From contig BK006938.2 of assembly GCA_000146045.2 (NCBI GenBank), forward strand, positions 928,001 to 992,000: a stretch of 64,000 bases of DNA, given 5' to 3'. This document shows, piece after piece, positions 9,895 to 18,806 of the stretch. The position numbers and the translations under genes were made by a program. Below the pieces are notes generated by a model that was not told the origin of the DNA, ran no database searches, and saw only the letters and a program-made list of their open reading frames with translations. How positions within the stretch are numbered: position 1 is the first letter of the stretch; every line of letters starts with the position of its first letter. This DNA comes from TPA_inf: Saccharomyces (taxonomy: Eukaryota).

Positions 9895-12816
9895 TCAAAC
9901 ATGAGTGAGAGCAAGTTTATTGGTCTTCTTAGCAATCAATGCCACTCTGTCACCTAGGGACAGAGCCAAACCTTGTCCCTTTGATCGGATACGAACATAA
10001 CCTATGACATCATTGGTTTTGGAATCCTTTTCGATACACAAGTTGGCTAGGGCATCTTCACCAAAGGACGACTTCGCATACAGATTACAACTTAAGAACC
10101 TACAATCATCTTCTCCCAACGACTCTGATGGTGTTAGAATACCCATATTAGTTCCCTTGACCAGTTCTCTCAAATAAGCATGCAATGTTGGTAGTTGTGA
10201 TTTGACCGATATTTTGTTCTCCCACTCAAATGCATTCCACATGGTACGGAAATGTTCATCGTCAGCAGTGGCTGGTTTGATATAATCCATAATGTCAACA
10301 TGAACGTCGTTTAAAATAACATAACGAGCATCTTCACCATGCGCACCATCATAAATAATATTACCGAAAATGACACCTGTGTCAGCAGAGGAAACTTTGA
10401 CAGTAACAGTGAATTTGTGGAAGCCATGAGGAATCACGTTGGTCTTCTGTGGTGTGTCAATAATCTTCAAATCACCAAGAGTTGCAAATTGCACATGTAG
10501 GTTTTTCAATGTTTCTTTCGTTTGATTAACAAGAAGAACATCTAATACGACGTCAAATTGATTGTTTGTAATACAAGCCTCGGCGTAAACTGGATCAGAA
10601 AAGCCACATAAAGGTACTATCTTCTTCAGCTTCGAAATACTAGAGCTGCTAGTAGCGTGGATTGCATCTCCTTTCATTGCCAGTTGTAAATCTTCTTCAA
10701 TACTATCTTTTTGCACATTAGTAGAATCCACACCAGCAAATTGCCTGAAAGAAATCGGCGTATCAATTGGTTCGATGTTTTTGCAACTGTCTTTTAATGC
10801 TCTCTTATGCTTGTTCTTCTTTGCAATTTCAATTTGTCTCTTGAATGAGGATTTGGTGGTGTCCAGGAATGCAACCTCCAGAAGTTTAACTTCTTCCTTC
10901 TTTTCCTCAGGATTAACTTCATCCAATAAAATAGAAATAGATGTCATAACTCTCTCTAAAGAATCTTCATCAATTTTTTTCTCCACCAAAGAGCTTTGAC
11001 CCACTCTTACAATACTAACTAAAATTAGTAAAGCTTCCGCCTTTAGAGCATTGATGACAGTTTTGTTCTTGGAAACGTTTTCGAATTTTAAAACAAGTTT
11101 AATGATGGTGTTGGCCAGAATGGCAGCTGTGTAGAAATCACCACTTAAAACAAACCGGCGAATTGGAGGTCTAGAATCACGTTCTTCATCGGTAACTGAC
11201 TTTTGAGAAGTCTTCACATCGAAAGCGCTTTCAGTGGCATACGTACCGTCTGGTAGAATAACTGGACCAGTTGGCTTGGCGGTAGCGTCAACCTCATTTT
11301 CTTCGGTGTGTTCTTGGTTTTGTGTTAACTTTTTGATTTCTGATTGAAGGATAGGAACTTCACCTACGCTGTTACGAATGTGCTTCCAACAATGTTGTAT
11401 CTCACTTTCTCCTTCAGCATACTCACCCATAATCCATAATGCACCGCGGTAAGCTTTAGCAGATCTCACTTTGTCTAGCGTTTGAACCATGTTTTCAAGG
11501 ATATTGGCTCTAAGTTGTGGGTATTTTTCGATCACTTCTTTGATAAAGGCAATGATACCACTGGCGGCAACCGAGTTTAAATCACCGATGAAATCTAATA
11601 ATAGCGAAACAACACTTGCTGCCATTTCTACAAAGTTTACAGCCACGGTACGAATAGTTTTTATTAACAATTGTCTGTACTGCATTGCCTTGTCTTGATC
11701 TGGGTTATTTACGGTTGTTTGCAGCTCTTTCTTCAAAAGCTGAACAACATCTTCAGCATTTCTGGATGTGGCCAAGTCCATTGAAATATCAAGCGCCTTT
11801 GAACGAACGTCTAAATCTTCTGCATTCAAGACTCTCAAAATATCCAGGGTTAACTCTTCCAAAGCACCTACGTTATTAGCATTGATGTCTTGAATACGGT
11901 CTAGAACAATTAACTTAATGTTATTATCAGAAACCTTGACGGCCAAGTCAATCAATTTGTTAACCGCAGGAACCAAGACATTTGGATTGGCAGACAACAC
12001 AGTTAGGGCTAATGCGGTCTCGAAGATGACTTCATCGGAAGTCGTGGTCGAAAGCAGTTCCATCAATAATTCGATATATTGGGCTTTCAAAGCAGGGGTC
12101 CTGTTTGCATCTTGTCTGATAAATTGAACAAAGACAGCTTGTAATAAAGGGTCTAGGTTTTCTATATCAGCAATATTGTTCTCTAAATAGTGTAAGGCAT
12201 TTTCACGATCTAATTCAGCTAACCCAATAAATGCATTTCTTTTACATATTGGATCAGTTTCAGCTACTATGAACGAATTGATGATTTCTTTAGCATCGGG
12301 AAGTAAATGTTCGCTGACCTTGAAAATGGAGAAAACTGCTAGGATTGCATACTTACGAACATATGCATGACGGTATTCCAAGCACGCTAAGACAGAGGGA
12401 ACCATCTGTTCTAAGAGTTCGGCCTCTCTCAATTTCGTTAAAAACCTTAATGTGTTACCTCTAATATATTCATTAGGATGTTGCAAATCGTGTTGAATGG
12501 CATTACAGACAAGAATCATTTCATGTCTCAATTTTCCATCTTCAGCTAGTTTGGGAACAATTTCCCAGTAGAAGTACAAAAGCTTTTTTAATTCCTTATT
12601 TTTAGAAGGCATGACAAATCTTATTATGTGCATCAACAATTCAGGCATTGGATTTCCTTCCAGCATTGTAACTAAAATTGATTTCATCGTGTCAATTTTT
12701 TGTTCATCAGATCCCTTTTCAAGAGCTTTCTGAAAATCGGTACTCGAGTAAGTCTCCATACTCGGAGAAGGATCGAAAACCAACGTGTACGCTGGCTGTG
12801 AAGAAAGTGAAGTCAT
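9895..12816 (-). CDS. SEC26: COPI coatomer beta subunit, 973 aa (ORF track adds 6 upstream codons, to 12834)
   Basis: Long ORF MTSLSSQPAYTLVFDPSPSMETYS... with adaptin-like HEAT/ARM N-terminal region; recognised as Sec26. Confidence 0.9.
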   Translation of the reverse strand: MTSLSSQPAYTLVFDPSPSMETYSSTDFQKALEKGSDEQKIDTMKSILVTMLEGNPMPELLMHIIRFVMPSKNKELKKLLYFYWEIVPKLAEDGKLRHEMILVCNAIQHDLQHPNEYIRGNTLRFLTKLREAELLEQMVPSVLACLEYRHAYVRKYAILAVFSIFKVSEHLLPDAKEIINSFIVAETDPICKRNAFIGLAELDRENALHYLENNIADIENLDPLLQAVFVQFIRQDANRTPALKAQYIELLMELLSTTTSDEVIFETALALTVLSANPNVLVPAVNKLIDLAVKVSDNNIKLIVLDRIQDINANNVGALEELTLDILRVLNAEDLDVRSKALDISMDLATSRNAEDVVQLLKKELQTTVNNPDQDKAMQYRQLLIKTIRTVAVNFVEMAASVVSLLLDFIGDLNSVAASGIIAFIKEVIEKYPQLRANILENMVQTLDKVRSAKAYRGALWIMGEYAEGESEIQHCWKHIRNSVGEVPILQSEIKKLTQNQEHTEENEVDATAKPTGPVILPDGTYATESAFDVKTSQKSVTDEERDSRPPIRRFVLSGDFYTAAILANTIIKLVLKFENVSKNKTVINALKAEALLILVSIVRVGQSSLVEKKIDEDSLERVMTSISILLDEVNPEEKKEEVKLLEVAFLDTTKSSFKRQIEIAKKNKHKRALKDSCKNIEPIDTPISFRQFAGVDSTNVQKDSIEEDLQLAMKGDAIHATSSSSISKLKKIVPLCGFSDPVYAEACITNNQFDVVLDVLLVNQTKETLKNLHVQFATLGDLKIIDTPQKTNVIPHGFHKFTVTVKVSSADTGVIFGNIIYDGAHGEDARYVILNDVHVDIMDYIKPATADDEHFRTMWNAFEWENKISVKSQLPTLHAYLRELVKGTNMGILTPSESLGEDDCRFLSCNLYAKSSFGEDALANLCIEKDSKTNDVIGYVRIRSKGQGLALSLGDRVALIAKKTNKLALTHV

Positions 12817-13056
12817 AGGTGCACTCTTGTTCAATAGTTAACTGTGATTACTTTTGTTTATTCTCAAGGCAATCTTAACTGAGTCTTAATGAACGTCAAA
12901 TTTCACTTGTCGAGCTGTTGTTTTCTGATTTCTTTCTACGTGTAGCGAGTACACGGAAAGAAAAAAAAAACGAAGTGATAAGCTGGGTAATACTTTTCTA
13001 AAATGCTGTTCCATAAACGTACATATATGACATCTACAAAACTACAGAGAAGGATA

Positions 13057-15423
13057 TCATTCTGGGTCTGAATCAGGGTTTGCCACACGCAAGCCATGCC
13101 CCAGAGAATAGCTGAGGTCTACCACATCAGAGTTCGTTGTGGAGACAGAGTCCTGACGCGATATATTACTTCTAGCATTAGCATCACGATAATCTTGAAG
13201 AGAGATATGTGTAGGAAGCTTTTGTCTGTTCACGTAATCATTATCCAGTGTTCCACTTCTCATTCTGTTCTGAGACCTTGTGTAGTAGCTGACTACCGTG
13301 TTAGATCTTGACACGGAATCAACAGAACCGTTTTGCCCTCTTTTTTCTCGTAAAGGCGCCATTATATCATCACTGTTATATGCTTCATCACCGGGTATGT
13401 CCTTGAGGTAGTCTTCGGCTTGTTCTGCGTCAGTGCCTTCTTTTTTTGAAATAGAGCCAGTTTCATTTTCCTTCCCTAACAATTTATGGAATTCCTTTGT
13501 GTGGTCAACATTGATTTTATTTTTCAGCCCTGTAGCGGTTCCATCTGATTCTTCATTTCTTGTCTCCAACGCCAGTAATTTCTGTTTAACTTTACCATGC
13601 TTGATACCAATTTGCTTAGAACTTGTCCTCAACTTGACCTTAATATTCTTGGGTTGAATCAAATTATTTTTTTGTTTTAGAGCAACCGGCAAGTTAGGAG
13701 GCGCTTGTAAAAAGTTAGAAGTCTTGTAATACTTTAGTCGCAGTTCTTCTACGTAACTAGAAACCAAAGGCACGGACTTTTCCGATTTGTTCGATACGAC
13801 AGATGTTAACGGTGAACATTTGACAGATCTTTCGCTTGGGGCATCATGTACCGGATTTGGTAAATCCACCGTTGCAGGGATAGTAACTGTGTGTTCATTG
13901 AACGAGTGAGCAGCCGGCACTAAACTTTCTGAAATGGAGTTTAAACTGTTTAACTCGGATGTTTTATTTGATGATTTTGTGTTTCCGTTTGAGTCAAGAG
14001 CAGCCAAAACAGTTGATTTAGAGCCTTTTGATATAGAAAGTCCTGACTGGCTAGAGAAGTTTGACTTGGCATCATACTCACCAGATGATGCAGTGTCAAA
14101 AGAATGCTTGTCGGTTAGACTGCCCGTATCGTTTACACTATTTAAATAGAAACTAGGGCGATCTTCATTAACCACCCTAAATATTCTACGATGACTTGGT
14201 AACTCAGGCTCTTGTGTTGAGACGTCATTTTTTATAGATGAGCCTTGATCACTTGCGTAATTTATAAATGCTTTACTTTCACTATCCACAAAACCTTTTT
14301 CCTGAAGACCATCATCATCATCCTCGTTGGAAGAACCGCTATCAATCTCATTAGTTATCCGCAGAGGCTTTCTGGCGCTTGCAATACTTCCATCACTCCC
14401 AAGGTGCTCATTTGATTTATATGCAAAATCAAAATGTGCAGCTTTAAAACCACTAGATTCGTCTTTAGAAACTTGCTGAAGGCTTTTGGTGGATTTACCA
14501 CTAGCCGATGTACTAAAGGAAAATTTATCATCCCCATCATCCAGATTCGAAGAAAATTCTTTTAGATGATCTGATTGTACTAAATTTCCGTTACTTGCTT
14601 TATTTACTTCTTCATTATCCACAATAAGTGGTTTTACGTAGCTTAAGGAACTCTCCGCGCTGACATTTCTCAAAATGGGAGCTTCCATGACATCTACTGG
14701 CAACTTATCTTGCGATGCTTTAGTATCTGAGTTTTCAGACGTGTCTAGGGATAGTGAGCTACCGGAACTTACCTTGTGTTCATTAATGTAATTTTCAATA
14801 TCATCTACCAACTTTTCTGCTTCTGAACGCTGCCGCCTATGTTGATTGTGGGTGGATGAGATTGCAATACTATCCCGCTCAGAATCATTATTACTCTCTA
14901 TTTCTTCCTTAGTAGTATTGTTGCTTATTGACGTTGTTATTGACTTCATGTCCATAGGCGGTGGTGGAGGCCTCGAACGTTTTATCTTGGAGAAATGTGC
15001 ATTTGAATTTGCGCTTGTTGTGAAGGGGTTGGTTCTCTGCCCAATGATGTTGTTTTCTTGTAAATATTCAATTCCTTTGTGATCGTTTCCTGACGCTTCC
15101 TTGGACTGTGTTAATTCAAGAGAATCTCCTAAGGTATCCTCAGCATTCAAAAATGGATTAGTATTCTTTAATGTTTCCTTTTGTAATGGTGCCTGGATAG
15201 AATGGCTCCTGCTATGAGCATTCCTATTTGGACTTCTTGGCGGTATATCAGGGGCAGAAGTTTCAGCCGTCGAAGTTCGTGCGATATTTGTTGATTTCTT
15301 TATTGTAGAGGGCACCGATGGCTTTCTAACGGATTTTTCAGAGTCATTGTTTTTACTTTCAGAACCAAACCGAAAAAAAGACCTTCGTTTACCTTTATTG
15401 TTGCTAAAGCCATCAAACATCAC
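13057..15423 (-). CDS. YDR239C: Uncharacterised Ser/Asn-rich low-complexity protein (about 787 aa; start may be the second Met at 15420)
   Basis: Long ORF with extreme S/N/T bias and a PPPPP tract; position between SEC26 and SNU56 matches YDR239C. Confidence 0.75.
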   Translation of the reverse strand: MMFDGFSNNKGKRRSFFRFGSESKNNDSEKSVRKPSVPSTIKKSTNIARTSTAETSAPDIPPRSPNRNAHSRSHSIQAPLQKETLKNTNPFLNAEDTLGDSLELTQSKEASGNDHKGIEYLQENNIIGQRTNPFTTSANSNAHFSKIKRSRPPPPPMDMKSITTSISNNTTKEEIESNNDSERDSIAISSTHNQHRRQRSEAEKLVDDIENYINEHKVSSGSSLSLDTSENSDTKASQDKLPVDVMEAPILRNVSAESSLSYVKPLIVDNEEVNKASNGNLVQSDHLKEFSSNLDDGDDKFSFSTSASGKSTKSLQQVSKDESSGFKAAHFDFAYKSNEHLGSDGSIASARKPLRITNEIDSGSSNEDDDDGLQEKGFVDSESKAFINYASDQGSSIKNDVSTQEPELPSHRRIFRVVNEDRPSFYLNSVNDTGSLTDKHSFDTASSGEYDAKSNFSSQSGLSISKGSKSTVLAALDSNGNTKSSNKTSELNSLNSISESLVPAAHSFNEHTVTIPATVDLPNPVHDAPSERSVKCSPLTSVVSNKSEKSVPLVSSYVEELRLKYYKTSNFLQAPPNLPVALKQKNNLIQPKNIKVKLRTSSKQIGIKHGKVKQKLLALETRNEESDGTATGLKNKINVDHTKEFHKLLGKENETGSISKKEGTDAEQAEDYLKDIPGDEAYNSDDIMAPLREKRGQNGSVDSVSRSNTVVSYYTRSQNRMRSGTLDNDYVNRQKLPTHISLQDYRDANARSNISRQDSVSTTNSDVVDLSYSLGHGLRVANPDSDPE

Positions 15424-15673
15424 TGTATTATTAGACTTTACCTGTAGACTCCTTCAAAACCTGTAATTCGCTTTGCAGAACATGCTATTTCAACATTTTC
15501 CCTCTTAAACTTTTGCCAAATAATAATAGTGCGCTCTTTGAATCCGCGATGACATTTGAAAGAAAACATTAAATTAAACTATCGCTTTGCATACGGAGCA
15601 AATGCCATGAAAGAGAAAAAATAACCAAAAGGTTTTTTAAATATATCTATACACCTCCACTGTTATATGCGAC

Positions 15674-17152
15674 TCAATGTTCTAATATATTCAATATCAG
15701 CTCTAATGCTTTGACTATATATTCACCGACTCCACCAATACTAATAACGCGGATGGTACTTGGGTGAGGCGCCTGAGCAAAAATAGTGTAATTTGTTGTA
15801 TTTAAAGATTCAAGCCACATTTGTGACTCGTGAAGATTATTCAGATTCAATACGACGATATTACAATTTGTCTTTGATCGTAGATCATTTAGATTTTGAT
15901 AAACAATATCAATATAATTTTGTCTTGGACACCTAACGTATGTCTTTAGAATCTGATACGAAGACTTCTTTTTCACTGCATCCATAGAAGCTTTTATGGT
16001 ACCAATGCAATGTTGTTTGATTTCATCCTGCGTCATAAAACCCGGTTTATTACCTTCACTATACCTTCCGTCCTCAAAAGTTTTTGGCCCGGAATGACGA
16101 TTGGAAGAATTCAATACATTTGATGGCTTATTAACAGCGTGTCTCTGTGGTTGTGTTTGATATGAAGTTGCACCTGCTTCAATAGTTTGAGAAGAGGAAA
16201 TTGAATTTGAAGAGGGCGAATTCGATAAAGGTCTTTGTTGTCGTGGAAATTGATCTCCTTGAAGGCCACTTATTTCGTTATATGCCTTCATTTCAGAAAT
16301 ATGTTTAATCATTTGAGCTTTTGATGTTTCTATAATTGGCCTGGTTTTACTAATGTACGACTTTATATCAAACAAGCCATCGCCAATTAATGGAAGTTCG
16401 TAGAGGGCAAGTGATATCTGTGAATAAGTGCGGTTATATTCACGCTTAAAGTAGTTTATCACGTTAGCTTCACACTTGCCAAATTCTACTTGTGAAAAAA
16501 AATTAGAAAGCTCATTCATGAACTTACTTACATGACAAGCCTTAACTTGAAACTGTTGAAAATCTGGAACAACATTGAAACCAACTTCTACAATACTGGA
16601 TGAGGGCTGCTCTCTTCTATAGCTTGTTATTATATGGCCTCTACCAGTTTCTATATTCTTGGGCAAATAAAACGAACCTGTCAAGTTAATATTCTTAGGA
16701 ACTCTAAAGTATGATTTTTCGGATGGTGCCATCCATAATCGCTTCTGGAAAGCAAGCAGAACTGATAATACGAAGCAAGAGTCCAATATATTGAAGTCCT
16801 TCAAAACTATGTAGAAAAGCATGCCTTCATCTTTCTGCTCTTTCTGTGGATAACATCGTAATATATCCTTCGATATATACTTATGCAATTCATCCATGCA
16901 CTCGTCGAACTGTTGTTTATCTTCCGTTCTCATGGGGAGTATGAGCAGACTACCTTTTATGAATTGCCCTGCATTCTTCTTAGTCGACCTTATCCTATCT
17001 AGGTTTTTCCATATATCAAAAGATTGGAATGCTTCAGAATTACCGACCTTCCTTCTTTGGCCATCATTGGATGTCGTAGGATAATGTCCTTGTGAAAGTT
17101 GTCCCTTCGGCTTGGTATGATGATACGCTAATCCTCTCCTTCTTGGGCGCAT
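15674..17152 (-). CDS. SNU56: U1 snRNP component, 492 aa
   Basis: 492-aa ORF; recognised as Snu56 ([18 protein letters not shown]...). Confidence 0.85.
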
Positions 17153-17350
17153 GATACTAATATTTTTTGCTTATATTAGTCGAAGGGAAACTGTTTCTCA
17201 ACGTCAAACTTCTACTATAGTATATAATATAACTTTAATGTTTTCTACACTGCGATGCGCGCTGAAAATTCTAGCTCAAATAAAAAAAAGGTTACAACAA
17301 ACCAGTAGCAATCATGAGAATAAGAAATATGAAGAAGTAATTAAAGATCA

Positions 17351-17646
17351 TGTTGGAGTAAAAATCCAAAATATCATCTGTTTATTAGCATTCGTGTTAG
17401 TAGTATATTATCAAATGCGGTGTAAGAAGATGACATAAAGATTGAAAGACAGTCATCAAATGGAAGAGGAAATGCAACAACTCATGATGTAATAGGATAA
17501 TGTCACATAAAAAATGGAAGATGAGATTATAATATTATTACGTAAGAATACCGATCCTCTTTTGCGGGTTCTTATATCTCGGGGAGAGCTTCTAGTACAT
17601 TATTCATTCATAATATTATACCTTTACCAAGGATTGAATCCCAACA
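17351..17646 (+). mobile_element. Diverged solo delta LTR (Ty1/Ty2 family), about 296 bp
   Basis: TGTTGGAGTAAAAATCC...GGATTGAATCCCAACA aligns along its length with the intact Ty LTRs at 53171 and 58798, at roughly 65-70% identity with TG...CA termini. Flanks are gATCA / ATCAt, a possibly decayed TSD. Confidence 0.75.
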
Positions 17647-17954
17647 ATCATCAAATTATTCACCCCTTTCTCAGGTCACTGGTTTGAAGCAAGTAAACTA
17701 CATCTTCTTATACCGTATGCGATAATATACTAATAATATAAATACTACTAAATAGATGATGCTAGAATTCCATTAGAACTATAGTATACCATTTAAGTAT
17801 TTATATTGCTATTGTAATATCTTATGAAAAGTTAATGTTCATCTGTCCCAACAATCTCTAACAAGTACAAAGATGACACGAGTTATGAGGCGCTGTCATA
17901 GGAACCTCCAAACAAGTTTGATATTAATTATAAGAAACATATTTCAAGCCCTCG

Positions 17955-18295
17955 TGTTGTATTACGGGCTCGAGTAATACCGGAGTGTTTTGACAATCCT
18001 AATATAAACAGTCTTAGGGAAGTAACCAGTTGTCAAAACAGTTTATCAGATTAATTCACGGAATGTTACTTATCTTATATATTATATAAAATATGAATCA
18101 TACTAAGTGGTGGAAGCGCGGAATCTCGGATCTAAACTAATTGTTCAGGCATTTATACTTTTGGGTAGTTCAGCTAGGGAAGGACGGGTTTTGTCTCATG
18201 TTGTTCGTTTTGTTATAAGGTTGTTTCATATGTGTTTTATGAACGTTTAGGATGACGTATTGTCATACTGACGTATCTCATTTTGAGATACAACA
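17955..18295 (-). mobile_element. Sigma element (solo Ty3 LTR), 341 bp, reverse orientation
   Basis: Reverse complement reads TGTTGTATCTCAAAATGAGAT...GAGCCCGTAATACAACA, the sigma consensus. It ends 16 bp upstream of the tRNA-Tyr mature 5' end. A perfect 5-bp TSD CCTCG lies at 17950-17954 and 18296-18300. Confidence 0.92.
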
Positions 18296-18311
18296 CCTCG
18301 CAAGAAATCGA

Positions 18312-18400
18312 CTCTCGGTAGCCAAGTTGGTTTAAGGCGCAAGACTGTAATTTATCACTACGAAATCTTGAGATCGGGCGTTCGACTCGCCCCCGGGAGA
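18312..18400 (+). tRNA. SUP2: tRNA-Tyr (anticodon GUA) with 14-nt intron at 18351-18364
   Basis: CTCTCGGTAGCCAAGTTGGTTTAAGGCGCAAGACTGTAA[TTTATCACTACGAA]ATCTTGAGATCGGGCGTTCGACTCGCCCCCGGGAGA is the canonical yeast tRNA-Tyr gene with A and B boxes. The SUP2 name assumes this is the chr IV tY(GUA) copy. Confidence 0.93.
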
Positions 18401-18407
18401 TTTTTTT
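18401..18407 (+). terminator. Pol III terminator T7 tract
   Basis: TTTTTTT immediately 3' of the tRNA-Tyr. Confidence 0.85.
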
Positions 18408-18639
18408 ATGTCAAGCACCTACTTTTAGCCGGCTTTCTGGAGATAAGTTCCCAGTAGTCGTTGTATTTGATTCTCTATTGGATAGTCAATGACACATTCG
18501 TGACCGAACAATGAGATATTATTGAGTACCGGGAGTATTATGTGTCATAATTTGTAGTATTATCTGTGTGACGGATTAAGTTTGCTATCTCAAATGCCGC
18601 GCGCGCGAATTGCTCATGATATAATAATAGCTAATAATA

Positions 18640-18674
18640 TGATAATATGATAATAATAGATAAGATTACTGATA
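18640..18674 (+). promoter_or_regulatory. Cluster of four GATAA motifs (one GATAAG) in the AMD2 5' region
   Basis: GATAATATGATAATAATAGATAAGATTACTGATAAC, 130-170 bp upstream of the AMD2 ATG; GATAAG is the core site for yeast nitrogen-regulated GATA factors. Confidence 0.5.
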
Positions 18675-18806
18675 ACATTATTTTAGTATTCAAAAGCGTA
18701 TTACATATATATAGTCGAGTAAATACTTTTTTTTCAATGGGGAGTGGAAGGGACAGCCGCTCTGACCTGTTATTAACGACAGACAACACGGTACCAAAGT
18801 TATACA

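Noticed and set aside
17151-17438. 95-aa plus-strand ORF overlapping the SNU56 start and the solo delta
   Set aside because: More than a third of it is LTR sequence, it is low complexity and has no motif; most likely a dubious ORF rather than a gene.
18408-18600. Possible additional LTR fragment immediately downstream of tRNA-Tyr
   Set aside because: I looked for delta, sigma or tau termini and found none; the GATAA-rich segment further on reads better as AMD2 promoter.
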